Positions 1-9,027 of a stretch of 64,000 bases of DNA are shown here, one piece after another. Within the stretch, counting starts at the first letter, position 1. Each line of letters begins with the position of its first letter. Source of the stretch: a virus (lineage: Duplodnaviria; Caudoviricetes). The DNA lies in the IMG/VR virus record IMGVR_UViG_3300044297_000138, positions 96,001-160,000 of that record; one strand, written 5' to 3'. The notes under the pieces were generated by a model that made no database searches, was not told the DNA's origin, and saw only the letters and a list, made by a program, of their open reading frames with translations. Made by a program: the position numbers and the translations under genes.

Positions 1-1
1 G

Positions 2-148
2 GAAGAAGTTAAGAATAAAACAATTGACTTTAGATTAGAACATGTAGTATACTCCTATACTCCAGCTGAAGATTTCAAACAGAATTATGATTCTATTTTT
101 GGTCTTGGCCTAGTTCTCCCTGGCCAAAAGAAGATTATTACAGGATAA
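2..148 (+). CDS. 3' end of hypothetical protein upstream of DNA polymerase (partial)
   Basis: Open frame EEVKNKTIDF...GQKKIITG* whose TAA overlaps the polymerase ATG (TAATG). Confidence 0.6.
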   Translation, partial: EEVKNKTIDFRLEHVVYSYTPAEDFKQNYDSIFGLGLVLPGQKKIITG

Positions 149-1449
149 TGACAAAAAACTTTTATACAAATGTCCAATCTGTCGGCGGTAAAATTCTATA
201 CCGTGGTGTACGTGGCGGTAAAAAAGTCAAAATAAAAATTGACTATGAACCGAAGTTGTACTTGCCGGCCACAAAAGTTGCGACACACAAATCACTTGAA
301 GGCAAACCTTTAGTTGAAAAGAAGTTTGATTCTATTTTTGAAGCAAGAGATTACATCAAAAAATTTCAAGATGTTTCTGGTGCACCAAAAATCTATGGTC
401 AAACTAGATACGAGTATGCATTTATTGCCGAACAACATACAGATATGGTTGAGTGGGACCAAGATAAGATTGATGTTGGCATCATTGATATTGAGGTTGG
501 ATCAGAAAATGGATTCCCTGATCCATATCTAGCCAATGAACCAATCACAGCTATCGCCTGGAAAACACTTGGTGGTCACATGCATGTTTGGGGTTGTGGT
601 GAATTTAATAATGAAACTCCTGATGCAGTTACCTATCACAAATGTAGAGATGAATGGTCTCTTTGTAAATCATTTATCACCGCATGGTCAACCAGAACAC
701 CAGATGTATTGACCGGTTGGAACACCAAGTTCTTTGATGTGCCTTATCTTGTCAATCGTTTTCGCAAAATCCTTGGTGAAGATGAAGCCAAGAAAATGTC
801 GCCTTGGAACTTTATCTCTGAACGCAAGACTGTTATTAATGGTCGTGCAATGACAGCATATGGTTTCCTTGGTGTTGAACAACTTGATTATATTGAACTA
901 TACAAATGGTATGCACCGGGTGGTAAGTCACAAGAATCATATCGTTTGGATAATATTGCAAACGTAGAAATCGGTGAAAGTAAAATCTCATACGATGAAT
1001 ATGATAACCTGCATCAACTCTACCGATTAAACTTTCAAAAATTCATTGAGTATAACATCAAAGACGTTTTGCTGATTGAAAAGATGGAAGATAAACTAAA
1101 GTTGATTGAACTTGGCCTAACTCTGGCCTATGATACGAAATGCAACTATGAAGATATCTTTGCACAGACTCGTATGTGGGATTCAATGACATATTCCTAC
1201 CTGTACAATCAAGGCATCATTGTTCCACCAAGAGAAGTGCAAGACAAAGATTCTGCATTTGAAGGTGCTTATGTTAAAGAAGTTCAGGTTGGTAAACACG
1301 ATTGGGTTGCCTCGTTTGACTTGAATAGTCTCTACCCACATTTGATGATGCAATATTCCATTTCGCCTGAAAATCTGGTGGAAAGAAGTTATATTGATGA
1401 AAGAAAACGCAAAGTATTAGAGGAATTGAAGCTTAGAAATACTAAATAA
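148..1449 (+). CDS. 43: Family B DNA polymerase gp43, N-terminal half (3'-5' exonuclease plus start of palm; gp43A-like)
   Basis: ExoI DIEV, ExoII GWNTKFFDVPY, ExoIII YNIKDV, motif A SFDLNSLYPH; stops shortly after motif A. Confidence 0.95.
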   Translation: MTKNFYTNVQSVGGKILYRGVRGGKKVKIKIDYEPKLYLPATKVATHKSLEGKPLVEKKFDSIFEARDYIKKFQDVSGAPKIYGQTRYEYAFIAEQHTDMVEWDQDKIDVGIIDIEVGSENGFPDPYLANEPITAIAWKTLGGHMHVWGCGEFNNETPDAVTYHKCRDEWSLCKSFITAWSTRTPDVLTGWNTKFFDVPYLVNRFRKILGEDEAKKMSPWNFISERKTVINGRAMTAYGFLGVEQLDYIELYKWYAPGGKSQESYRLDNIANVEIGESKISYDEYDNLHQLYRLNFQKFIEYNIKDVLLIEKMEDKLKLIELGLTLAYDTKCNYEDIFAQTRMWDSMTYSYLYNQGIIVPPREVQDKDSAFEGAYVKEVQVGKHDWVASFDLNSLYPHLMMQYSISPENLVERSYIDERKRKVLEELKLRNTK

Positions 1450-1473
1450 GTAGATGAGGTTACTTATTTGGAG
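1441..1473 (+). promoter_or_regulatory. Late-promoter-like box (ACTAAATA) inside an 11-bp hairpin that pairs with the RBS of the HNH gene
   Basis: CTAAATAAGTA (1442-1452) pairs with TACTTATTTGG (1461-1471, one G-U); GGAG at 1470-1473 precedes ATG 1479. Confidence 0.65.
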
Positions 1474-1478
1474 AATCT

Positions 1479-2012
1479 ATGAAATACAATATCACTAAGG
1501 ACAAACTCTACGAATTGTTTATTACCAAAAATATGAGGCGCAATGAGGTTGCCGATTATTTTGGATGTTCTGAGGCAAACATCAAAAAATACCTACAAAA
1601 ATTTGACATAAAGAAGCCTTTTGTGTTAGAATGTAAAAACAAAGAACGCAAGGCCAAGGTCAAGTGTTTACATTGTGGTGAAGAATATGAAACACAACAG
1701 TTTAGAACTGAAAGTGAAAAATATGATTCAAAGTATTGTAGTTATTCGTGTGCTCAAAAGAGTAGGTATTTGGGTGAAGAACATAAGCGTAGAATCAGGA
1801 ATGAAATTGCTGCAAGACGCAGAGCCAGAATCCGTAATCAAACACCAGATTTGACTAAGGAAGAAAAGCAGAAATTGCAGGAATATTATTTGATTTGTCC
1901 AAAAGGACATGAAGTAGACCACATACAAGCAATTGCAAAAGGTGGTTTACATCATCCGGATAATTTACAAATATTGACTATGACAGAAAACAGAAAGAAG
2001 TGGTGCAAATGA
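1479..2012 (+). CDS. HNH (homing-type) endonuclease with N-terminal HTH-like and Cys-rich segments
   Basis: C-terminal EVDHIQAIAKGGLHHPDNLQIL HNH motif; CxxC...CxxxC; sits at the polymerase split. Confidence 0.85.
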   Translation: MKYNITKDKLYELFITKNMRRNEVADYFGCSEANIKKYLQKFDIKKPFVLECKNKERKAKVKCLHCGEEYETQQFRTESEKYDSKYCSYSCAQKSRYLGEEHKRRIRNEIAARRRARIRNQTPDLTKEEKQKLQEYYLICPKGHEVDHIQAIAKGGLHHPDNLQILTMTENRKKWCK

Positions 2013-2278
2013 ATGAACGAATCAAACAGATGGCAACAGAAGTTGGCATTAGTGTTGAATACCTAAACAACACAAAGCAGTGGGAGTTAATTGAAGCATT
2101 AGCCGAACGAATTGTAGACGATTGTATTGAAGTTTGTAAAAGCCGTGTGGGTAATAGTGATTACAATACAGGTAGATTACATTGTGTCAGTGATATACGA
2201 GAACGCTTTGAATTCGGTATGAGCACAGAAGATAAAAAGACCCTAATCAAAGAACTATTGGGAGTGAAGAATGACTAA
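2009..2278 (+). CDS. Small phage protein, MNERI.../(F)AELIV.EC paralog family
   Basis: MNERIKQMA...LAERIVDDCI; similar to ORFs at 2271, 49559 and 51182. Confidence 0.7.
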   Translation: MNERIKQMATEVGISVEYLNNTKQWELIEALAERIVDDCIEVCKSRVGNSDYNTGRLHCVSDIRERFEFGMSTEDKKTLIKELLGVKND

Positions 2279-2477
2279 ACTATTAGAAAGCCTTGCTGTA
2301 CAAAGTCTTGTAGAACACGATGGCGAGTTGATTTTCAGCAAAGAACTCTATGCGGCACTGGTCGTCAAAGAATGTATTGATATCATTGATTCTACACACG
2401 GTAGCAAGAAACTACTTCGTCCAGAACCGTATCAACAGATTGTAGATAATATTCAAGAACATTTTGGTGTTGAATGA
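2271..2477 (+). CDS. Small phage protein, AELIV.EC...HFGVE paralog family
   Basis: LYAALVVKECI...IQEHFGVE; GGAG RBS. Confidence 0.7.
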   Translation: MTKLLESLAVQSLVEHDGELIFSKELYAALVVKECIDIIDSTHGSKKLLRPEPYQQIVDNIQEHFGVE

Positions 2478-2746
2478 TGCGTGATTCAGATGTAAAAAGA
2501 GAGATTGAACGAATGATACAACATCGTTCAAACACTAACAATCCTATTGATTTTCCTATCTCGCCAGCAAATATGCGAGCCAGATGTGAAGCATTGATTA
2601 CAGCGATGGTCGGAGCAGATTTGGCATCTAAATGGTGGAACGGACCCAACCAAGCATTTGAAGGGCACACACCCGAGGAGATTTATAGTGTGGCACCTTC
2701 GGCGGTGTATGCTTATCTAATGAAGTCAGCAGAAGGAGAATGGTAA
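2474..2746 (+). CDS. Xre/MbcA/ParS antitoxin C-terminal-like (DUF2384-like) protein
   Basis: ASKWWNGPNQAFEGHTPEEI...VYAYL fits the W-x3-PN-x-A-F/L-x-G-x-TP signature. Confidence 0.55.
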   Translation: MMRDSDVKREIERMIQHRSNTNNPIDFPISPANMRARCEALITAMVGADLASKWWNGPNQAFEGHTPEEIYSVAPSAVYAYLMKSAEGEW

Positions 2747-3057
2747 TGATTGACTACTATGAAGCACTGAAAGAAATGCACCAAGGTAATGTGGTCAAAT
2801 ATGTTGGTACTGTGAATGGCAATGTAATGAGCAACAATGGTGCCAGTTTCTGTATGTGTCGTGGTTGTATCTTTCTATTTGATAATGGAGTAATCAAATG
2901 GGACAAGTTAGGCTACATGGTTTACGATCCAGATTTTCGTTATGAACTAACCGGCGAAACTGTAAATCCGAGGGCGTGGAAACCAGAAAAGAAAACGGAC
3001 CGTAAAGAGATTAAATCCAAGTTAGGTTATAGTAGAATAGGATTGGATAATGTTTAG
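2740..3057 (+). CDS. Hypothetical protein
   Basis: AGGAG RBS; translationally coupled on both sides. Confidence 0.7.
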   Translation: MVMIDYYEALKEMHQGNVVKYVGTVNGNVMSNNGASFCMCRGCIFLFDNGVIKWDKLGYMVYDPDFRYELTGETVNPRAWKPEKKTDRKEIKSKLGYSRIGLDNV

Positions 3058-4429
3058 AGATGTAAAAGAAATGACAATTGAAGAACTTGAGAGAGAACTT
3101 CATGCACTTGAGTTGTTTCAGAATGAAATTGGTAAAGTTGGTGTAAACTCAATGTTATCTAAGAGTGTTGACACATCATTTTTGCAACCAATGCAATGCA
3201 CAATAACACCCAATGGTCAACTATTCAGGATTGACCGACAAGGTTTCTTACCTAAGATGATGGAAGAAATGTATGAGGATCGTAAGAAGTTTAAGAAGAT
3301 GATGTTGAAAGCACAACAGGAGTATGAGAATGAAAAAGATGAATCCAAAAAATATGATATTGAAAAACGAATCGCCAGATACAACAACCTACAGCTCGCC
3401 AAGAAAGTTTCTCTCAATTCTGCTTATGGTGCTCTTGGTTCTCAGTATTTCAGATTTTATGATTTGCGTATGGCTCTTGGTGTTACTACTGCTGGCCAAC
3501 TATCTATTCGGTGGATAGAAGCCAAGATAAATGATTACTTGAACAAACTATTGAAAACGAATGAAGATTATGTTATCGCCTCAGACACAGATTCAATTTA
3601 TCTCAAGCTTGGTCCACTTGTTGACAAAGTGTATGGTGCAGGACAAGATAAATCTGTCTCTACAAGAATTGACAAACAAAAGGTTATTGATTTCATGGAT
3701 CGTGTATGCGAAGATAAAATACAACCGTATATTGATAAAAGTTATCAAGAGCTTGCTAATTATGTTAATGCGTATGCACAGAAAATGCAAATGAAGCGAG
3801 AAGGCCTATCAGACAAAGGTGTATGGACTGCCAAGAAAAGATACATTCTAAATGTATATAATAACGAAGGTGTTCAGTATGCCGAACCTCATATGAAAGT
3901 GATGGGTCTAGAAATGGTGAAGTCATCTACACCATCGGCAATCCGTGAAAAGATGAAAGAAACAATTCAGTTGATGATGACTGGCACAGAAGAAGAGGTG
4001 CAACAGTTTATTGCCAAGTTTAGAGAAGAATTTAAATCATTGCCACCCGAAGAAATTTCTTTTCCAAGAGGTCTGAATGGGCTAAATACTTATTCCGATT
4101 CGGTGACTTTATATAAAAAAGGAACTCCAATTCATGTTCGTGGTGCAATCGTCTACAATCACCACCTCAAACAACTTGGTTTAGAAAAGAAATACCAAAA
4201 GATTCAAGAAGGTGAAAAGTTAAAGTTTACCTATTTGAAAATGCCAAATCATTTCAAAGAAGATGTAATTTCGTTTCCTGCCAGAATTCCCAAAGAATTT
4301 GGGCTTGACGAATATATTGATTATGACTTACAATTTGATAAGGCGTTTCTAGAACCCATCAGGATTATTTTGGATTGTATGAATTGGAAAGCCGAAAAAT
4401 CAAATTCATTAGAAGATTTTTTTAGTTGA
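3050..4429 (+). CDS. 43: Family B DNA polymerase gp43, C-terminal half (fingers, palm, thumb; gp43B-like)
   Basis: Motif B KVSLNSAYG, motif C ASDTDSIY, KKRY, C-terminal clamp-binding SLEDFFS. Confidence 0.95.
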   Translation: MFRDVKEMTIEELERELHALELFQNEIGKVGVNSMLSKSVDTSFLQPMQCTITPNGQLFRIDRQGFLPKMMEEMYEDRKKFKKMMLKAQQEYENEKDESKKYDIEKRIARYNNLQLAKKVSLNSAYGALGSQYFRFYDLRMALGVTTAGQLSIRWIEAKINDYLNKLLKTNEDYVIASDTDSIYLKLGPLVDKVYGAGQDKSVSTRIDKQKVIDFMDRVCEDKIQPYIDKSYQELANYVNAYAQKMQMKREGLSDKGVWTAKKRYILNVYNNEGVQYAEPHMKVMGLEMVKSSTPSAIREKMKETIQLMMTGTEEEVQQFIAKFREEFKSLPPEEISFPRGLNGLNTYSDSVTLYKKGTPIHVRGAIVYNHHLKQLGLEKKYQKIQEGEKLKFTYLKMPNHFKEDVISFPARIPKEFGLDEYIDYDLQFDKAFLEPIRIILDCMNWKAEKSNSLEDFFS

Positions 4430-4439
4430 AGGATAAAAC

Positions 4440-5495
4440 ATGAGTATACTTGATAAGATTAAAAAGAATAGTTCAATCAAAGATTCGGCTATTCTATCCA
4501 AATCAAAATTTTTCACGCAAAAGGATATGATTCCCACATCCGTACCAGCAGTTAATGTTGCTTTGTCTGGTAAGTTGGATGGAGGTCTAACTCCCGGTCT
4601 TACAATGTGGGCAGGTCCATCCAAACATTTTAAGACTGCATTTTCTTTACTGATGGCCAAATCTTATATGGACAAATATGAAGATGCTGCATTACTTTTC
4701 TATGATTCCGAATTTGGTACGCCTCAGTCTTATTTTGATTCCTTTGGTATTGACACAGACAGGGTGCTCCATACTCCTATTACAGACATTGAACAGTTGA
4801 AGTTTGATATTATGAATCAACTCACCAATCTTGAACGTGGTGAACATCTAATTATTGTTGTTGATTCAATTGGTAACCTTGCATCCAAAAAAGAAGTTGA
4901 AGATGCATTGGATCAAAAGTCTGTTGCTGACATGAGCCGTGCCAAACAAGTTAAGTCTTTGTTCCGTATGGTTACACCTCACCTATCATTGAAAGACATT
5001 CCAATGGTTGTTGTGAATCACACCTATAAAGAAATCGGTATGTTCCCCAAAGATATCGTTGGTGGTGGTACAGGTTCTTATTATTCTGCCGATAATATTT
5101 TCATTCTTGGCCGTCAACAAGAAAAAGATGGAACCGAAATCACAGGATACAACTTCATCATTAACGTGGAAAAGTCCCGTTATGTAAAAGAGAAATCTAA
5201 GATTCCAGTTAATGTATCTTTTGACGGTGGTATTAACAAGTGGTCTGGCTTATTGGACATTGCACTTGAATCTGGCCATGTTATCAAACCAAGTAATGGT
5301 TGGTACAGCAAAGTGAATATTGAATCTGGTGAAGTGGAAGAAAAGAAATATCGTGAAAAGGATACTAATAGTTCTGAATTCTGGATTCCTGTTTTGAAAC
5401 AACAATCTTTCCGTGATTATGTGGAAAGCAAATATCGTGTAGCTGCATCAGAAATCTTACAAGATTCGGATATTGAAGAAACATTTGAGAGTTAA
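4440..5495 (+). CDS. uvsX: UvsX RecA-like recombinase
   Basis: AGPSKHFKT P-loop, FYDSEFG, DSIGNLASKKE, GGGTG. Confidence 0.95.
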   Translation: MSILDKIKKNSSIKDSAILSKSKFFTQKDMIPTSVPAVNVALSGKLDGGLTPGLTMWAGPSKHFKTAFSLLMAKSYMDKYEDAALLFYDSEFGTPQSYFDSFGIDTDRVLHTPITDIEQLKFDIMNQLTNLERGEHLIIVVDSIGNLASKKEVEDALDQKSVADMSRAKQVKSLFRMVTPHLSLKDIPMVVVNHTYKEIGMFPKDIVGGGTGSYYSADNIFILGRQQEKDGTEITGYNFIINVEKSRYVKEKSKIPVNVSFDGGINKWSGLLDIALESGHVIKPSNGWYSKVNIESGEVEEKKYREKDTNSSEFWIPVLKQQSFRDYVESKYRVAASEILQDSDIEETFES

Positions 5496-5497
5496 TA

Positions 5498-5821
5498 ATG
5501 ATAGAAGGTATTGATTACTGTTTCATCTATCCTAAAAATGATGGTACAGCAGTTCATATAAAATTTTTAGACGGACCTTATAAAGATACCGTTTTCAAAT
5601 ATGGCAAGGTAAAATTCAAGGAAGAAAACGACCAGGTCTATTTACTTTTTGCTTATGATGTGTTAGAATCACCAGTTAAGAAACCACGAAAATTGGAAAA
5701 AGATGGTGATTTTAAAAACTACATTGGTGACCTGTTGGTTGAACTAATGTCAGAAAACATGGAACAGGATATTATTGATGAAACTGGAACAAGCGATTCT
5801 GAAGAATCTAATTTACAATGA
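5498..5821 (+). CDS. Hypothetical protein in the T4 gene 40 position
   Basis: ORF between uvsX and gene 41; synteny only. Confidence 0.6.
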   Translation: MIEGIDYCFIYPKNDGTAVHIKFLDGPYKDTVFKYGKVKFKEENDQVYLLFAYDVLESPVKKPRKLEKDGDFKNYIGDLLVELMSENMEQDIIDETGTSDSEESNLQ

Positions 5822-7169
5822 TGAATACTTACGCAAGGTACTCCCTTTTATTAAAGCCGATTACTTCACGGATAGGACCGATAGAACAATCTTCAATGAG
5901 ATTTCAAAATTCGTTGAGGCTTACAATTCTACACCGACGATTGAAGCAATTGAATTGGCCATCAAAGAAAGGCGAAATCTCTCAAATGATGAAGTGGAGA
6001 AGTGCGAAACTTGTTTACAAGAGATTGTCAAAATTAAAGAAGAACAATCCAAGATTGACTGGTTGGTTGATAAGACAGAAAAGTTCTGCCAAGAGAAGGC
6101 CATATACAATGCAGTATTGGGGTCTATTTCAATCCTCGATGGGAAGGACAAAACCCAAGATAAAGGGTCCATACCTAAGTTACTTTCCGATGCCCTCGCA
6201 GTAAGTTTTGACAACTCGGTTGGACATGATTACCTGGAGAATAGTGATGAACGCTTTGAATTTTATCATAGAAAAGAAGAAAGAATTCCTTTTGACTTGG
6301 ACTACTTCAATAAGATTACTAAAGGTGGTCTTCCTATTAAAACTCTTAATATCGCTCTTGCTGGTACCGGTGTTGGTAAGTCTCTCTTTATGTGTCACGT
6401 TGCCGCTGGTTGTATGGTACAAGGCAAAAATGTATTGTATATCACTATGGAAATGGCTGAAGAAAAGATTGCAGAAAGAATAGATGCCAATCTTTTAAAT
6501 GTAAGTGTGGATGATTTGGTCAGCCTGCCAAAAGAAATGTATGACAAGAAGATAGAAAAACTCCGTGCAAAAACTGTAGGCAAACTTATCATCAAAGAGT
6601 ATCCAACAGCGGCTGCTTCCGTAACACACTTTAGGACCCTGTTGAATGAACTCAATCTCAAGAAAAGTTTTGTTCCTGATATTATCTTTGTGGATTACCT
6701 CAATATTTGTTGTAGTTCTCGTATTAAAGCCGGAGCTAATGTCAACTCTTATACCTATGTCAAGGCTATTGCCGAAGAATTGCGAGGTCTTGCCGTTGAA
6801 TTCGGAGTTCCAATTGTTTCTGCTACACAAACAACAAGGTCAGGTTATACAAGTTCCGACCCAGGACTGGAGGACACAAGTGAGTCTTTTGGTTTGCCAG
6901 CAACCGCCGACCTGATGTTTGCATTGATTTCTTCCGAGGAATTGGAAGAACTTGGACAAATCATGGTCAAGCAATTGAAGAATCGTTACTCTGATCCAAC
7001 AATGTATAAACGATTTACTATTGGTGTTGACCGTTCTAAAATGAAACTGTATGATGTGGAACAATCAGCACAAGATGGATTGGCTGATGCAGGTATTACA
7101 GATAAACCACTTAATACTTTTGGCAATCGTGAAATGAAGAAAGATAAATTTGATGGATTTAAAGTTTGA
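5775..7169 (+). CDS. 41: gp41 replicative DnaB-like helicase
   Basis: Walker A AGTGVGKS, ITMEM, VDYLNI, SATQTTR, SESFGLPATAD, KQLKNRY. Confidence 0.95.
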   Translation: MMKLEQAILKNLIYNDEYLRKVLPFIKADYFTDRTDRTIFNEISKFVEAYNSTPTIEAIELAIKERRNLSNDEVEKCETCLQEIVKIKEEQSKIDWLVDKTEKFCQEKAIYNAVLGSISILDGKDKTQDKGSIPKLLSDALAVSFDNSVGHDYLENSDERFEFYHRKEERIPFDLDYFNKITKGGLPIKTLNIALAGTGVGKSLFMCHVAAGCMVQGKNVLYITMEMAEEKIAERIDANLLNVSVDDLVSLPKEMYDKKIEKLRAKTVGKLIIKEYPTAAASVTHFRTLLNELNLKKSFVPDIIFVDYLNICCSSRIKAGANVNSYTYVKAIAEELRGLAVEFGVPIVSATQTTRSGYTSSDPGLEDTSESFGLPATADLMFALISSEELEELGQIMVKQLKNRYSDPTMYKRFTIGVDRSKMKLYDVEQSAQDGLADAGITDKPLNTFGNREMKKDKFDGFKV

Positions 7170-8259
7170 GGATGCTCTATACTGCGCCAAAGTATTTGAA
7201 GATTATTTTGGCCGGTTTGATAGAGTTGATGACTACATGCGTGACCAAAAATTGGCCTCTTTGGCTGATTTGCCGTCCAATCCATTGTTTCCAATAGAAG
7301 ATGATTTGTTTTCTGATTTCACCATGCATCCAAAAGATATGGATTTTGAGGTGTGTGAAGTACCACAGGACACATGGGAAACATTACTAAACATCACTTC
7401 ATCACATATTAATATATCACCCGTTGGCCGGCAAATACGTTTGGCCGTCATTGAAAAGAATACCAACAAGTATGTTGGATTCTTGCGTTTGGGTTCTCCA
7501 GTTATCAATATGAAACCGAGAAATGAAATGCTCGGCCAAGTATTCACACAGAAGCCAGAATGGGCAACCAGATTTAATGATTCTGCAATGATGGGTTTTG
7601 TAATTGTTCCATCGCAACCTTTCGGTTACAATTATCTTGGTGGAAAGTTACTTGCAGGTATCTGTACCTCACATGAAGTCAGAGAGATTGTCAATAAGAA
7701 GTATGGAATGAACCTGTGTTTGTTTGAAACAACCAGTCTCTATGGTAGTTCCAAAACTGTCTCACAATATGATGGTATGAAACCTTACATTCGTTTTAAA
7801 GGTCTGACTGAATCCGATTTCATTCCCATGATGCACGGTAAACCTTATGAGGACCTAAGAAACTTTGTGGAAAGTAAAGTTGGTGAAATTGTTGAAGCTG
7901 ATGCTTCCAGCAAGAAGTTAAAGACTACAATGAGGATTATAGCTTTAACCAAAGCAGCTCTTAAAGGTACTACTGAAGGGGAGGCATTCATGGAAACGAT
8001 TGAACAAGCGAAAGGGTTGACAGAAAAGAAAAGATATTATGTAAGTGACTATGGTTTTAGTAACATAGTTGACTATATCAACTGTAAAACTGATAAATTA
8101 TCACCTGGTGAAAATTATGAGAAACATTATTTGAAGAATTTGATTGAATGGTGGCGAAATAAAGCTTGCAATCGGTATGAAACTTTGTATAATGAAGGCC
8201 GTTTGAGAAGCGAACTGGAAGTCTGGACTTCAGGAAAGAATATTCAAATCATTAGATAA
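7150..8259 (+). CDS. DUF4338/DruA-like protein (possible GNAT-fold modification enzyme)
   Basis: QPFGYNYLGGKLLA...SHEVR and ETTSLYG...SQY motifs as remembered for DUF4338. Confidence 0.55.
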   Translation: MMDLKFEDALYCAKVFEDYFGRFDRVDDYMRDQKLASLADLPSNPLFPIEDDLFSDFTMHPKDMDFEVCEVPQDTWETLLNITSSHINISPVGRQIRLAVIEKNTNKYVGFLRLGSPVINMKPRNEMLGQVFTQKPEWATRFNDSAMMGFVIVPSQPFGYNYLGGKLLAGICTSHEVREIVNKKYGMNLCLFETTSLYGSSKTVSQYDGMKPYIRFKGLTESDFIPMMHGKPYEDLRNFVESKVGEIVEADASSKKLKTTMRIIALTKAALKGTTEGEAFMETIEQAKGLTEKKRYYVSDYGFSNIVDYINCKTDKLSPGENYEKHYLKNLIEWWRNKACNRYETLYNEGRLRSELEVWTSGKNIQIIR

Positions 8260-8280
8260 ATATTCTTATTTGGGGTCAAA

Positions 8281-9027
8281 ATGGCACAACAAGGTTTTGA
8301 ATATGAAAAGAACGCAGCTAAAATTTTAAAGCCTTTGGGTCTTGTTCCAAAGTCTTTTGTGCCTGCTGGTGCCGGTCACGATCAACCAGATTTGATGTTG
8401 GAACACAAAGGTAAAAAATCAGGATGCGAATTGAAAATTACTGCTGCTTCAGCAGGATCTTTGGTATTAAAGTTTGATGCAAAAAATAAAAGAAATCCTT
8501 GGTTTTTTAATAAAATTTCCGAAGATGATGCAGAAAAAATGTTTATTAAAAACTTAGCTGAAGAAGTTGGTGTTTTTGATTTGATTAAAAAGAAATGGAA
8601 AGATATCCCTTTCAAAAGAGAAAAAGATGACTTATTACCATTACAGACCAAAGGCATGAGTAAAAAACAAATCTACGAAAGAGATAGAGATACCTTTCCT
8701 GATATCAAAGGTGAAATACCTGCTTCTAAAATTGAAGAATATTATAACAAAAAGGATACTTATTATGTGAATGTTGGTACTCATGGTTTTTATTTGATGG
8801 GTACATCCAATCCGTTGAAACTAAACGATGTTCCAAGATTTGGCACATCAGCAAAAGCCATTTACAGAATAAGAGTTCAATATAAAGGCAGTGATAATTA
8901 TCAATTTACTTTTGAAATGCAATTTTCAATTCCCGCTAATAAAAAATCACCCTATAATATTGCACCAGTAAATGGTAAAACAGTTAACATTATTAAAAAT
9001 GAAATGAATTTAGGATGCTTCGCATGA
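8281..9027 (+). CDS. PD-(D/E)XK restriction-like endonuclease
   Basis: GFEYE...QPDL...GCELK catalytic pattern; GATAAATA late-like box at 8255-8262. Confidence 0.65.
   Translation: MAQQGFEYEKNAAKILKPLGLVPKSFVPAGAGHDQPDLMLEHKGKKSGCELKITAASAGSLVLKFDAKNKRNPWFFNKISEDDAEKMFIKNLAEEVGVFDLIKKKWKDIPFKREKDDLLPLQTKGMSKKQIYERDRDTFPDIKGEIPASKIEEYYNKKDTYYVNVGTHGFYLMGTSNPLKLNDVPRFGTSAKAIYRIRVQYKGSDNYQFTFEMQFSIPANKKSPYNIAPVNGKTVNIIKNEMNLGCFA

Noticed and set aside
1380-3130. Group I intron interrupting the polymerase
   Set aside because: The interval is filled by five coupled ORFs with almost no non-coding space, I could not find P/Q/R/S core elements, and the C-half has its own start. Not formally excluded without RT-PCR.
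1380-3130. Split intein joining the polymerase halves
   Set aside because: No Cys/Ser-initiated intein N-block after the extein and no His-Asn followed by Cys/Ser/Thr in the C-half leader; the extensions are too short.
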